Shown one piece after another: positions 12,584 through 23,571 of a DNA stretch of 64,000 bases. Location of the stretch: assembly GCA_051294905.1 (NCBI GenBank), contig CM119372.1, positions 23,374,001 to 23,438,000 of the forward strand, in the 5' to 3' direction. The first letter of the stretch is position 1, and each line of letters starts with the position of its first letter. This DNA is from Botryllus schlosseri. Its lineage: Eukaryota. A model generated the notes under the pieces. It did not search any database. It had not been told where the DNA came from and saw only the letters and a program-made list of their open reading frames with translations. Made by a program: the position numbers and the translations under genes.

Positions 12584-13357
12584 TAGGGCAATTTTTTTAC
12601 CTGAAAAATCTAAATTTTGACCTAACATATGCAAATTAGGTGTTTTCCCACATTATGTAAGAACCACTTATCTTAATTTCTGGTTGGAATTCTGTCTGTC
12701 CTTAGAAAGTAGTTCGGCCTGAAAAAAAACTTTTTTGACTCAAAAACTGACAAATTTGGACATGAAAAAACTTTATTTAAATGAAATCTGACCGTATTAA
12801 GAATTCCAGTAGTTACATCATGTATTATGGTAGAAATAATTAAAATTTGTTGTAGTTCAACGAAAGATACTTTCCTACATTCTCGGGTAGAAAGTGTCTT
12901 TCCTTACTAAGTAGCTTGCCAAGGATGGAGAAAGAACATTCAACAGCAGCAGTTGTTGGCTGACAACAATGAAGTTGTGCGTACACTGTGGTGACACACG
13001 GTGTTGCTTCATTCTGACTATATTGGCTACATCACAATTTTTCAGCGTATCCTGATATAAGAACCATGCAATGCCCATGCAGTCTTGCTTCAGTTAGGAT
13101 ATTGCGGTACATGGAGGATGGAGCATAACACCATGTCGACCTATTTGTTTCACTTGAATGTTTATGATTCACAATGAGCTGAGAATGGGCCGTCTACAAC
13201 GGTAGGCCTATAAAGTAGGCTACAAGCTGTTAGATGTCATATGACAAGTTCACAGGCAGTGCAAACTCTACGATACAAACGATAAGCGGTTTGCAACAAA
13301 ATTTTGACTTCGTAAACAATTTTGACAAAATTTGACTTTTTTTGACTAATTGCCCTG
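12584..13357. mobile_element. Non-autonomous hAT (Ac-type) element, 774 bp
   Basis: Ends TAGGGCAATT / AATTGCCCTG; 8-bp near-TSD CTGAATAC (12576-12583) / CTGATTAC (13358-13365); homologous to 1-612. Confidence 0.8.
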
Positions 13358-14707
13358 CTGATTACCAATTGGCTTTGCCAGTCAACTACCAACCATCTAG
13401 TTTGCTGAGTTCCATTCCAATTCATGGACATTGATGCTAAAACAAATCAATTTTTTACTGTGTACAATATTGTTTTTTTTCCGTCGGCTACATCATGGTT
13501 TACTGCCACAATGTTCCCAGTTCTACTACGAAGATTTATTATGGCAATGACTAGTCCACCAGCTGCCTAACCAAGCATGTCAGGAAGGTCTTGGTTCATG
13601 TACGCCCCCTCAGAGGATGACCTTGTTATGCAGTATCCACACACCATGTGAAACCGTAGGCCTGTTTTCAATGGAATCCATAACAAGGCTTATTAATGAA
13701 TCCTGTAACATCTCTAATGCATTCCATCATCAGTGTTCAAGCAACCAACCACTTGAACAGGTTATCAAATTTCACTACTTGCTATTTTGAATTGACAATT
13801 ATCAGAGGTTTATACCCAATGCTGAGTTTTTTGACACTTCTAGTGCAGAAGGTCACCTTTCACTGATATAATGTAATATTGATCACCAGTTACATGTTGA
13901 GCAGTTCCTGTGTTACTAAGACGATTTAGTTATTCAACACACAGAATTCTGGTGCATCCCCTTCCAAGCGGAAGTTTTGTAAAATGAAATGAACAACCGT
14001 CTTTGCAACTTGAGCTGAAGAAGTACTCAAGAAGTTTATGGCTAGTTCGCGGTATACGGCAAATAGGCTGACAGGTTGGCAAAACTATCAACTTGTTACA
14101 TGATAGCATTGAAATGCCACCGAGAGTGTTGTTGCATACGAAACCTGAACTAATGACATCAGCCAAGAGTTCTAGCGTCTTAAATGCTTAGGACACAACT
14201 TAATCAACACTACATGGTATAAGCTGAGAGAACGAGATGTCAATTCCTACGCTGATGTTTTAAACCTAATGGATGCCCACCGACCTCATGTGGGCATCAT
14301 CAACAAAGAACGCTTCTTATCCGACCTATTTCACATATACTGAACAGAGCTGACAATTGTTCAGCTGTGGCTCAGCCTTTGTAAGATTTGTGACGGTAAC
14401 CTAACCTGATGATCATCCCACAAATCAAAACGCACAGTACCAAGCGAGTTAAGCTATTGTAATGTGCAGCGAACCAACTACATTCAACCGATTTGTGCAA
14501 TCCCGCCCATATTGGCAGAAGCAAAAATTCTGCAAACTTGTGATGGGTCAATACTTCATTTCTATTCCCGATGATATCTGCACACGACCTCGAGACAATG
14601 GCCACATGGTCATTCACACCCCACAGCAGGCGGCCATTTTCGTTGAGAGCTTGCGCCGGCAGGGCTCACTGGCCAGCTTGGTATACATTTGAGAGGAGGC
14701 AACTTGA

Positions 14708-17700
14708 TCATTTCCTCCATCTACATATACAAGTGAATTAATTGGATTACTTTTACGGCATATTTGGCGTCAGAAACTCACATTTTCAGCACCCTGTCTT
14801 TGCCACCACTGACGACTCTCTGGCCATCTGGGCTCCAATCAACGGCATAGACTTCGTCTGCGTGTCCAGGTAGATCGAGCAAAAGCGTGTGCTTTGGTGC
14901 ATTCCAGACCTGCCAGGAAACAGTCAGTTACATAGTTATTGCGCCTTCAAAACGGGATTTTTGAATACTGAACTGCTCCAGTTTCATATATTAGCTACAG
15001 CTGCACTCGTTAAAAACTTGAACTTAGGCAAGAACAGTTTGTAAGTATCAGAATGATGCCGTTCCATATGACACATGAAATTGATGATTTTAATCCTAGT
15101 TTGGTTGCAGAAATGCGTCTAATTTCTTGATTTGACAAACATAACTTGGGTTACATCTTACATCCACTCTGTCAAAATAGATGGCAACGACAGATTCATT
15201 GGTTTCCTTAGTCATACAGTACACACGGTTTCAAATCATTTTGGTGGAATGAAATTTAATCCTAACACCAAAGTCTGGATCAGCACCGAGTAGCACGAGG
15301 TCTAAACTTGAGAATGTTAGTGTCGACAATGTTCCTGCTGCATCTGTGGCTGCAGGAGATATGATAGTCATAAAGAGGTAACTTAATTACACCATTGAAG
15401 TCACCTTAAAATGCGAGTGAAAACTATCTAATGCAGTGACGTTTTCAATATACTTGTAACGCTGCACTGAAGTATTTTTAAAAGTAAATAGGAATGTAGG
15501 CTAACATATATTTTTGCTAGCTTGTATATATTTCGTATCACGTGATACACCATGCCTGCAGTGATATCATAGTAACCATTTAGTGATTATGAATAACAGG
15601 GCCGAATGTAGTTTACTATAGTGCTAGGTAAGTCCAATTAATTTTGCACTAGTGCGGATCATATATTGTTGCGAATGCCGGCAAATTGAAAGACAATAAG
15701 GGGCGTCTAAGTTTAGCTTTACACCTATATTGCAGTAACAATATCGTAGAAATATAGTTGTTAGTATTGAAAAGTATGTTGGTGGTCTAGTCTAGTCAGT
15801 GAAATTAAGTCTGAAATCATCAAAATGCCTTCGAGGAAACGAGGGGAAGATTTCAGAACCTTTTGAATTCGCCTTCAAAGTGAATAACCGATCATTGTCA
15901 TAATAATGACATTGAACTTTATGATTGGATTTCCTTCAACATATTGCTGTGGTGAAGTAGGATTTTCGGCAATGGTATCTATGAAAATGAAGTTAGTTTG
16001 CGATTGACAATTACACAAGAGATGCTGTCTATTACCCTCCCCTTGGTCAAGATTTGACCACTGGATAACACGAAAACAGCATCAGCCTTCCCATTGGCTC
16101 GATATTTTCAACAGTCATTTCAGTGCACATTGTACATTATGACATCATATTTGTGCTGTTCTACAATCAATATAGTGCAAGCTGTAATTTGTTATTTTTG
16201 AAAAGGGGTGATTGCGTCTAATCGTTTTCTTCTTGGGGGTAACGATATGAAAAAGGTTAAGAACCACTGACCGAATGGGTCAGTCAGTTCCAGCAGGTGC
16301 AGCCATGAACATGTCACTGCTCTGCTGCTGAGAATTCACAGCAACATGGTAAGTTGGCAGCAATTCTTTCCTTCCACAAGGGTTGCTGTTAAGTATTTGA
16401 ATTCAGCCTCAATAGTAGATAGATCTTGTGAAATACACACTCGAATTTCAGGTCGAGCTCCAGCTCCAAAGTCCTCAGTAGAGCAGAGCACCAATTCAAT
16501 GACTCACCTTTAGGGTGCTATCACCGCTACCGCTGACTAATAACCTGCTGTCGGCAGACCACGAAATCTGATACACTGGTCCGACATGCCCGCGCAACGC
16601 CGCTATATACCTAAAAATGGTGCATACGATAAGAATCCCACAGAGAGGAACCTGTGGTACCACTTACTTTCCATCTTTACCGTTCCACAACCTGATCGAT
16701 TTATCAAAAGATGCCGAAGCGACAATCCTTCCATCTGGAGAAAATTTAACGTCGTTAACAACAGCTTGATGTCCAGTCATTCTGACCAGCGACTTCTTCT
16801 CTTGAGACGGGTTCCACAGATACAAAGTGAAGTCGTCGGAGCCTGACACCATTCGCTCAGGGTTGGAAGACTGTAATTCAAATCAAATCAATTTTGAAAA
16901 TTCCAAAAAAGAGGAGATTCTGCATAAAGCAAATGGAAACAAATTAGCAATGCCTGGTCAACTGTGCTTTTTTCAAACATAGATTCACATTCAGTGCTCT
17001 AGGGTGTCAAAAGGATGAACACAGTAAATTTGAATATTCTTCAAGACTAATAGCTTTTTCTCACCACAATACTCATGAAAAGCCAATAATTTCAAGATCA
17101 AATGTGCTGCCATGTGCATTGTGCAATCATGCAGAGCCTGGGCTTTAATCCTGATATATTGATGTGAAGTTACTGCCATTATTAGAATAATATCCATAGC
17201 GACCCTAGAGTTAGGTATAGGAAGATTGCATTCAATGCTTTACCTATCAAAGCTGTTAAGTCTTCACATAAGAGCACCTATAGTCAGACTTGGACAACTA
17301 GAAAATTTTCAGCTTTTCTGAATTAGATTAGAATTAGAATTAGAGCTCCACAGTTTTTTTCAAACTAGATTAGAATTAGAATTAGAGCTGCACAGTTTTT
17401 CCAAATTAGATTAGAATTAGAATTAGAGCTACACAGCTTTTTTCAAATTAGATTAGAATTAGAATTAGAGCTACTAGGTTTTTTCCAGATTAGATTAGAA
17501 TTAGAATTAGAGCTATACTTGGTTCGCAAAACCTTGGAAATTGAATGAAATTGTATATGGTAAATGAAAACAGCAAAATGCAGTTCACATCAAATCACAG
17601 TGCGTGGTGCACAAGGCCGTGAGGCGATAAGCGCCACATATTTTTGTTTAATAAACAACAACAACAGTGCATTCCCATAAACATGAGAATGGTTAACTTC

Positions 17701-20700
17701 TGTACACCAAGCTTGGCTCGATTTTTACTATACTTTAATAAAATATTACTTCTTTTATGGTAACCGTGGGCATCGCCCATGTTAGTCAGCATGGCGATGT
17801 ACTAACGCAAAGTTTTAGAAACTAGAGTGTTGTTCGCAGACAAGCTACTCTAGCAGGCTATATTCATAATATCTACTATGACTGCACGGTGTAAGTAAGG
17901 CGATGGTGGCACTGGATTTCCCTGCACAAGCGAGATATTCTTTTTAACTCACTGCAATAGTGCAATATGCCTCGGACAAAGAGGCATTTTCAGGAAAACA
18001 ATAATTAGATTAGAACTAGAATTAGAGAATACGGACATTTCACAAATTAGATTAGAATTAGAATTAGAGCGTAAGAACATTTCACTAATTAGATTAGAAT
18101 TAGAATTAGAGCATGGAAGCATTTCACAAATTAGATTAGAATTAGATTACTGGCATTTCGCTCTAATTTAGTGAAATTAGACAACTAGAATTATCTAGTT
18201 GTCCAAGTCTGCCTATAGTAGTGTGGACTAGGGCTGGACACAATGATTTGAGTACTCGAATCTGAATCGAGCATCAAATTTAATGATTTGAGTCGAGTAG
18301 TAAAAGACGATTTTTCGAGTACTGAAATTATACGCTGCTCGCAACTGAAAATTAATTTACTAACGAGAATTATAGTTTTGATACTATTTTTCACTTAGGA
18401 AGCCTTAAAACCTCGATTGGCCGTGTCGCAGCATACGAGACAGTACAAAGCTACAAACATTACTGAAATGACACATTTTCGAAGTCATGATCATTCCACA
18501 ACATTCTCACAAAGTGAAATGAAATCGGTATGGTCGAAAAAATACCAAAGTATCTTTAATGTGACGGATAACAGGCATCGTGTTCTTTGTGGTGGCATAA
18601 AAGGTACATAGGTGAACTTTGACACAGTACATTCTGTTGCGACGTCATAATAAGTGATACTCGACTCGTAGCATCATACGTGATTCACAATCAGATCACT
18701 CAGGTAATCGATCTTGCCCAGCTCTAGTGTGGACCATACAGGTGTAGTTTCGGCAGGAATTGGGTTTTTGAAGAGGATGAAGATGGCCATTGGCCACTGG
18801 CATTGGAATGGAATTTATGCATGATTAACCACCGTTGCACAGTTCGGGACATTCATGTGACAATTCATTCATTTCGATGATAAATAACAGTCAGATTTAG
18901 ATCCAATATTCAGGAAGCCGGAATCGAGACGGGGTGGAAAATTCGCTGTTCCAATCCACTCTAACTGACGAAACAAGTTACTCCGGTAATGATACCCACC
19001 ACGACTGAATTGTATCTGGCCAACGCCTTCATTTGAAGCTCTTTAGGCTGATGGTCAGACCAAGAACCAGCTTCTGCTGGTTCAAAAGCACCGGTCCTCA
19101 TAACATAATCAGTGTTGAGAGCCATTGTATTCACCCAATGCCCGTGACCTTGCAAAGTCCTGCACAGTGCACCCTGTCATGGTAAATGTTATGAGAACAA
19201 TTATAAATACAGAGGTGTGTCTTATATCTTACATCATCACTTCTCCAAACTTTGATTGTACGATCCTGGGAAGCTGTGTATATCAGGCCTTCTCCAGACC
19301 ACTTGACGCACGTCACCGACTGCATATGCCCATTCAAAGTGAACGTACACGTTCCCAGCTTTGTGTCCCATATTTTTACACAGCCATCCTGAAACGGGTA
19401 AGCGTTTCCATTTTTCAAGTCTTTCTGGAAGCAGCCAGTTACCGTACCTTCGACGAGCTCGCAAGATTTCGACATTCGGCGTTCGAGTGAAACGGTTCCC
19501 AAGCTAGACACGTCACCCACTGCCTATGACCGCTCAGCTTCTTGCCCAGCTGCTTTCCTGTGTTGGGATTCCAGAGACAGATCTGAAGTTGGAGTTATAA
19601 TGTGACTCGTTTTTCTTGAGAACAGGCACTAGCCATACGCAGGTATTTCAGACACGATGAATCTAGGTCAGTGGTTCCCAATGTGGGCGATTTTGAGAAA
19701 CAAGGGGGCGAAAATGATAGAACTTCCTGTTAGATATATTTAATTACCACAGCCAAAAAATACACGTAAAGACGGCCTATCCTGCAGATGACACTAAAGT
19801 TGACTAAAAAAGGTGAACTCAACGGAAAGTAGACACGCAAACCGGTTTTCCGAGCACCTACTTGGAAAATTGATCTTTCGTTTAGTCAATTCACCAGCGA
19901 TCAGAGTTGCGCGAGAAAATTTCCCGTATACATGTCCAATTTTTCGGATCCGTGAATATTGGGGATAAGGGAAATTTAGGTCGGGCTTGATAAGGGGGCG
20001 AGGATTCGAAAAAGATTGGGAACCACTGATCTACGTGATCAATAGTAAGGAGTTCTGTGTGCTCTTTGTACCAAAATATTGGACCCATGTAGTATCATAA
20101 TATTACTGCGTCTAATCAGGTAGGAATGACATTGACTATTAACAAAAGTTCTCTAGTTCACAACAGCAGTATTCTGGCACATAACAAAGTTTCAGCAATA
20201 GGTCTACTAACCTGTCCATTCTTACAAGCAGACGCTAGTTTTTGTCCATCAGGCGACCACGCTATGCAAAGGACCCAATGTCTGTGAGAGTCGCAAGTAA
20301 ACTGTGGAGTTTCGGTGTTGAGATCCCAGAAACGTACCCTGGTATCGCCGGAAGCACTTGCTAGACGTCTGAAAATGAATTACAAGGCCAAATAAATAAA
20401 CACCATATCAAATTCTACAATCTGATGTGGCTTGATGAAAATACACAACCAATACATATCCAAGACTGTATAACGCACAATTCAGTTGAAATTATCTCAG
20501 CAAAATCAGTAAGTTCAGACTACATCAGCTCAAAAAATGAAGGGCATGTTGAAGGAGAGATACGTTGTCCATCTGGTGAAATTCAACTCCAAACAATGAG
20601 TTTTGCAGCAAGGAAGCAGTGCGAATTTCCCACCGAAGTGTCACAGGTTATCAAGACCGCCAAGCGGGGCACATTTTCTTATGCTTTTAGATATATGGGG

Positions 20701-23571
20701 GGCGTGAATCAAATTACGATTAGTTAATGCGGGTTAACCAAAAAGGTTAAGAGTCCCCACTAAATAAGAAAGAGGGTCAGGTGATAAAATCCTGATATGA
20801 TTTTCAAGGTAGGAGTAGGCCTACTCATAGGTGACATCTGCTTATCAGAGCCCAACAAGGAGGAATCCGAATTCAAGCAAACTTTCTTGCTAAAATATTG
20901 AAAAACCAACCATGAAGCAGAAGTACTCACTCAAAGCACAAGTACCCAGACACAACCATATCATTTTTAGCCTTTGGCCATGGCAAGCTCTACTAATTTA
21001 ATAAGAGACCATCGGCAATATAATACACCCAAAACAGAGGTTGTAGAATGATAGGTCAAGTGCAGTGACCCTTGAGGAAAACCTGATAATCGGCATGTTT
21101 AGTTTACCTAACCTGTGTACAACTAATAGAAGGGTATGGAGCTGGAGAGACAACAGGATTCAGTAATGAATGATAAATCAAACTGTTGCAGTTTGTGTGG
21201 AGCAGATATTGTTAAAAAAAATACAAAAAGTGATCTGGTGTACTTTTTTGAATACGTTCAGCACACTGTAATGTGCAAATGCACAACAGGAACATTGGTA
21301 TGGCATATTCCTCGGGTACAAGCAAATGCTTCTTCTGAGATCATCAGGTAGTGAGAGTAGACCTTACCTATATCAAGATTTTACAGCCATCCAAAATATC
21401 TTTGAAACAAACGGAATTTTATGCACGAACCTTCCATTGGGACTAAATGAAGTTGCCAAAACCGCTTCCGTGTGCCCTTCAATTGAGGAAGTACACCGAG
21501 TCACAGCAATTACCTAAAGTTGAAAAACACGACTGTAGGCTATCCACATGGGTAATGACCGAAAATATTGTCATTTCTGATATTTCAAAAGTTTATACTC
21601 ACTCGGAATATAGCTTGAGGCTGATAAACAATAGAAATAGTCTTTTCGGTAGAAACATTACCCTCCACAACCGAGTCCAAATTGTCGATTATTTCTTTGT
21701 CATTGACAAAAAACGCGTATGGTTTGGGATCTGTCTGAACAAAACATGTTGATTAAACGTCACTGAATGTAATGTCAATCCACATTAGGATATTAGGCAT
21801 GTAAAACATAGGCTATTCATGTAGTAAGCCTACTTCTTTAGCAATAACGGAACTTACATTTTGCAGCAACGAGTTGCAAAGCAGCCCAAGTTGTTCAGGG
21901 GTGATGGATAATGGTATATCAAAGGGGCTGCCGAGACTGTCTCCATTCTCACTGCACAGACAGGCTAGGACAGTGGCATCTTGTGAACTGAAAAATAGTA
22001 AGCATTACAAAATGGTATTAATAACTACACTGGAATCGATAGTGTGCTGTAATCCATTACAAAAGCAAAATCGCTTCAACCAGTTGCCTTCGACGGTTGA
22101 ACGGAATTTATCGGTAGACTTCATCATAATTACATGAAGAAGAGTCATATTGGTACTTATTAAACAATGCTGTCGGATATTTTGAAATGTTTTCGACCAC
22201 ACAATAGGTATTTCTACTGCAAATGGTAATTCAACCATTCATAATTGAAGGCTACAACTACTCAAATGCACTACTATATTATACATAGATTTCGGATTTT
22301 TTTGTTAAAAGTGGGCATATAAAATACGTGGAGAATCATTTATTCACTTACTCTACCATTGGCGCATCCATACTTGAATATATTCCAGAAGTAATTGCCA
22401 AATGTCAACTCTCAAAGCTGATGGCAATTCGTTCCCTGTGATTTAATGAATCTATAATACAACAAAGAAAAACAAATTTGATTCCGAAAAGGATTTTCTA
22501 TACATTAAAATAATCCCACCAATATTTACAAACAAAATGAGACCAGTTCTCATCAAAACACATCGTTTCAAATCTCCTGCGAATACAGTTTGAAGTAGTA
22601 ACACCAAAAGAAACACATATTAGAACAATTTTCTAGCAGACCCCTATGTACATATTTTCATTAATATGACTTTGGTCAATAAAGTTTATGCGACAAAACA
22701 CTGGGGCATCAACTTTCCGTAGAACAAAAAATTGCCTATCCTCAAGAGTGTTATAAAGAGTATTGATTCCTTGCGGTGGATCCGGTTCTTGTTTGAGAAT
22801 CTTGATGAGATTGATACCCTAAAGTTATTCTTTGCGGTAACTGCAGCCTTTCTTTGTACTTATTCCCAATTTTAAGAATAACATCACGGTTACTGCAGTC
22901 CGACGTCCAGACGGCTATTTTATCTCCTTTCGGACGAATTTGAACAACAGCGCCATTTACAAAATCAGATTCGGCCTCGAAAGACTCGCCTATCATACAG
23001 AGAATCGTTTCCAACCACATCCTATCCAGCTCCTGATATCTCTGGTTCTTTTGAAGTTGAAACAGCCATCTGCCTCCATTCTTGTTTGCCTTGTCTTCCC
23101 ACATTGGCTGAATTCCGTCTTTAAATATGGAATAGTCGCAGCCGGCCTGCAGTTTACTTGATAACTGAATGTGGTTGTAGATTGCCCAAAAGTCTTCAAC
23201 AGTGTCAAACTTGGTGACTAGTCGTAGGTTGTCTTCCCATTTCTTGGAACGGTCGTTCTTGAAAAACCACAGAGCCCATTTGTTTTCCAATGGATGCTTG
23301 ATATCTAATTCTCCATCAGGCGAGAGGTCTTCGACATTGATCTCTTGTTTTGGGTTGAACACTTCAGACTTCTCCTCAGTCATGCTGGAATGGACGAGAA
23401 CCGACAAGTTGAAATCCTCAAATTTTACTGACAGCAAATTAATAAGCCCCAAATATCTGCTAAAATTGCAGCAATCGATAATTACAGTCTTACAATATGT
23501 CTAGAGTCTAATCAACATATCGTGCAACACAATAGGATTTACCTCACATCACAACTCACACAATCAGCCAT
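14708..23571 (-). CDS. NLE1: Notchless protein homolog 1 (NLE/UBL domain plus WD40 repeats; Rsa4 ortholog), 12 coding exons, 480 aa
   Basis: Exons: 23543-23571, 21858-21987, 21603-21734, 21431-21513, 20212-20368, 19448-19582, 19233-19388, 19000-19173, 16668-16870, 16508-16610, 14782-14909, 14708-14720. All GT-AG with consistent phases, total 1443 nt. Motifs LGSPFDIP, YQPQAIFR, TRCTSSIEGH, GHWVNTMALNTDY, SGSDDFTLYLW, PGHADEVYAVDWSPDG, ending IWRK*. Confidence 0.95.
17321..17514 (+). repeat. Minisatellite, 5 units of ~42 bp with constant core AATTAGATTAGAATTAGAATTAGAGC
   Basis: Cores at about 17321, 17363, 17404, 17446 and 17489, separated by related T-rich linkers. Confidence 0.9.
18004..18147 (+). 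repeat. Second minisatellite array with the same core and orientation, ~4 units
   Basis: Cores at about 18004, 18043, 18086 and 18129 (last one partial); linkers share CATTTCAC. Confidence 0.85.
18229..18726. mobile_element. hAT (Ac-type) MITE in an NLE1 intron
   Basis: Ends TAGGGCTGGACA / TGCCCAGCTCTA; perfect TSD GTGTGGAC (18221-18228, 18727-18734); related copy at ~27916. Confidence 0.85.
19669..20028. mobile_element. hAT (Charlie/Buster-type) MITE in an NLE1 intron, 360 bp
   Basis: 14-bp TIR CAGTGGTTCCCAAT; near-TSD ATCTAGGT / ATCTACGT. Confidence 0.85.
22339..22344 (-). terminator. Candidate polyadenylation signal (AATAAA) of the nested eIF4E transcript
   Basis: TTTATT on + at 22339-22344, ~410 nt downstream of the eIF4E stop and ~350 nt upstream of the NLE1 exon 2 acceptor. 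Confidence 0.45.
22751..23383 (-). CDS. EIF4E: Eukaryotic translation initiation factor 4E, class I, intronless core (210 aa from ATG 23383; 220 aa if spliced to the NLE1 first exon)
   Basis: KHPLENKWALWFFK, KWEDNL, FDTVEDFWAIYNHI, DYSIFKDGIQPMWED..NKNGGRW, WLETILCMIGESF, GAVVQIRPKGDKIAVWT, YQSHQD; the conserved Trp set is intact. It lies inside NLE1 intron 1 (21988-23542) on the same strand. Confidence 0.96.
   Translation of the reverse strand: MTEEKSEVFNPKQEINVEDLSPDGELDIKHPLENKWALWFFKNDRSKKWEDNLRLVTKFDTVEDFWAIYNHIQLSSKLQAGCDYSIFKDGIQPMWEDKANKNGGRWLFQLQKNQRYQELDRMWLETILCMIGESFEAESDFVNGAVVQIRPKGDKIAVWTSDCSNRDVILKIGNKYKERLQLPQRITLGYQSHQDSQTRTGSTARNQYSL
23385..23402 (-). promoter_or_regulatory. 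Splice acceptor 1 nt upstream of the eIF4E ATG
   Basis: Minus strand reads GTTCTCGTCCATTCCAG|C ATG ACT GAG; AG at 23385-23386. Confidence 0.7.

Larger units (their letters stand above)
17285..18211. mobile_element. hAT MITE in an NLE1 intron carrying two internal minisatellite arrays
   Basis: TIR CAGACTTGGACAACTAGA / TCTAGTTGTCCAAGTCTG; perfect TSD CCTATAGT (17277-17284, 18212-18219). Confidence 0.85.

Noticed and set aside
17321-17514. Telomere-like repeat
   Set aside because: Units are TTAGA/TTAGAA, not TTAGGG, and are interrupted at a regular 42-bp period.
17321-18147. CRISPR-like array (constant 26-bp repeat with 15-19-nt spacers)
   Set aside because: Spacers are short and similar to each other, the repeat is itself made of TTAGA/ATTAGA units, there are no cas genes, and the arrays lie inside a TSD-flanked eukaryotic MITE in an intron.
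14910-21430. Intronic snoRNAs in NLE1 introns
   Set aside because: No convincing paired C/D boxes with terminal stems or H/ACA double hairpins by eye; an Infernal or snoscan run would be needed.
23384-23452. Longer eIF4E N-terminus (MGLINLLSVKF...) from the ORF track
   Set aside because: It starts at TTG, which is not a normal eukaryotic start, and lies in the predicted 158-nt intron upstream of the acceptor at 23385.
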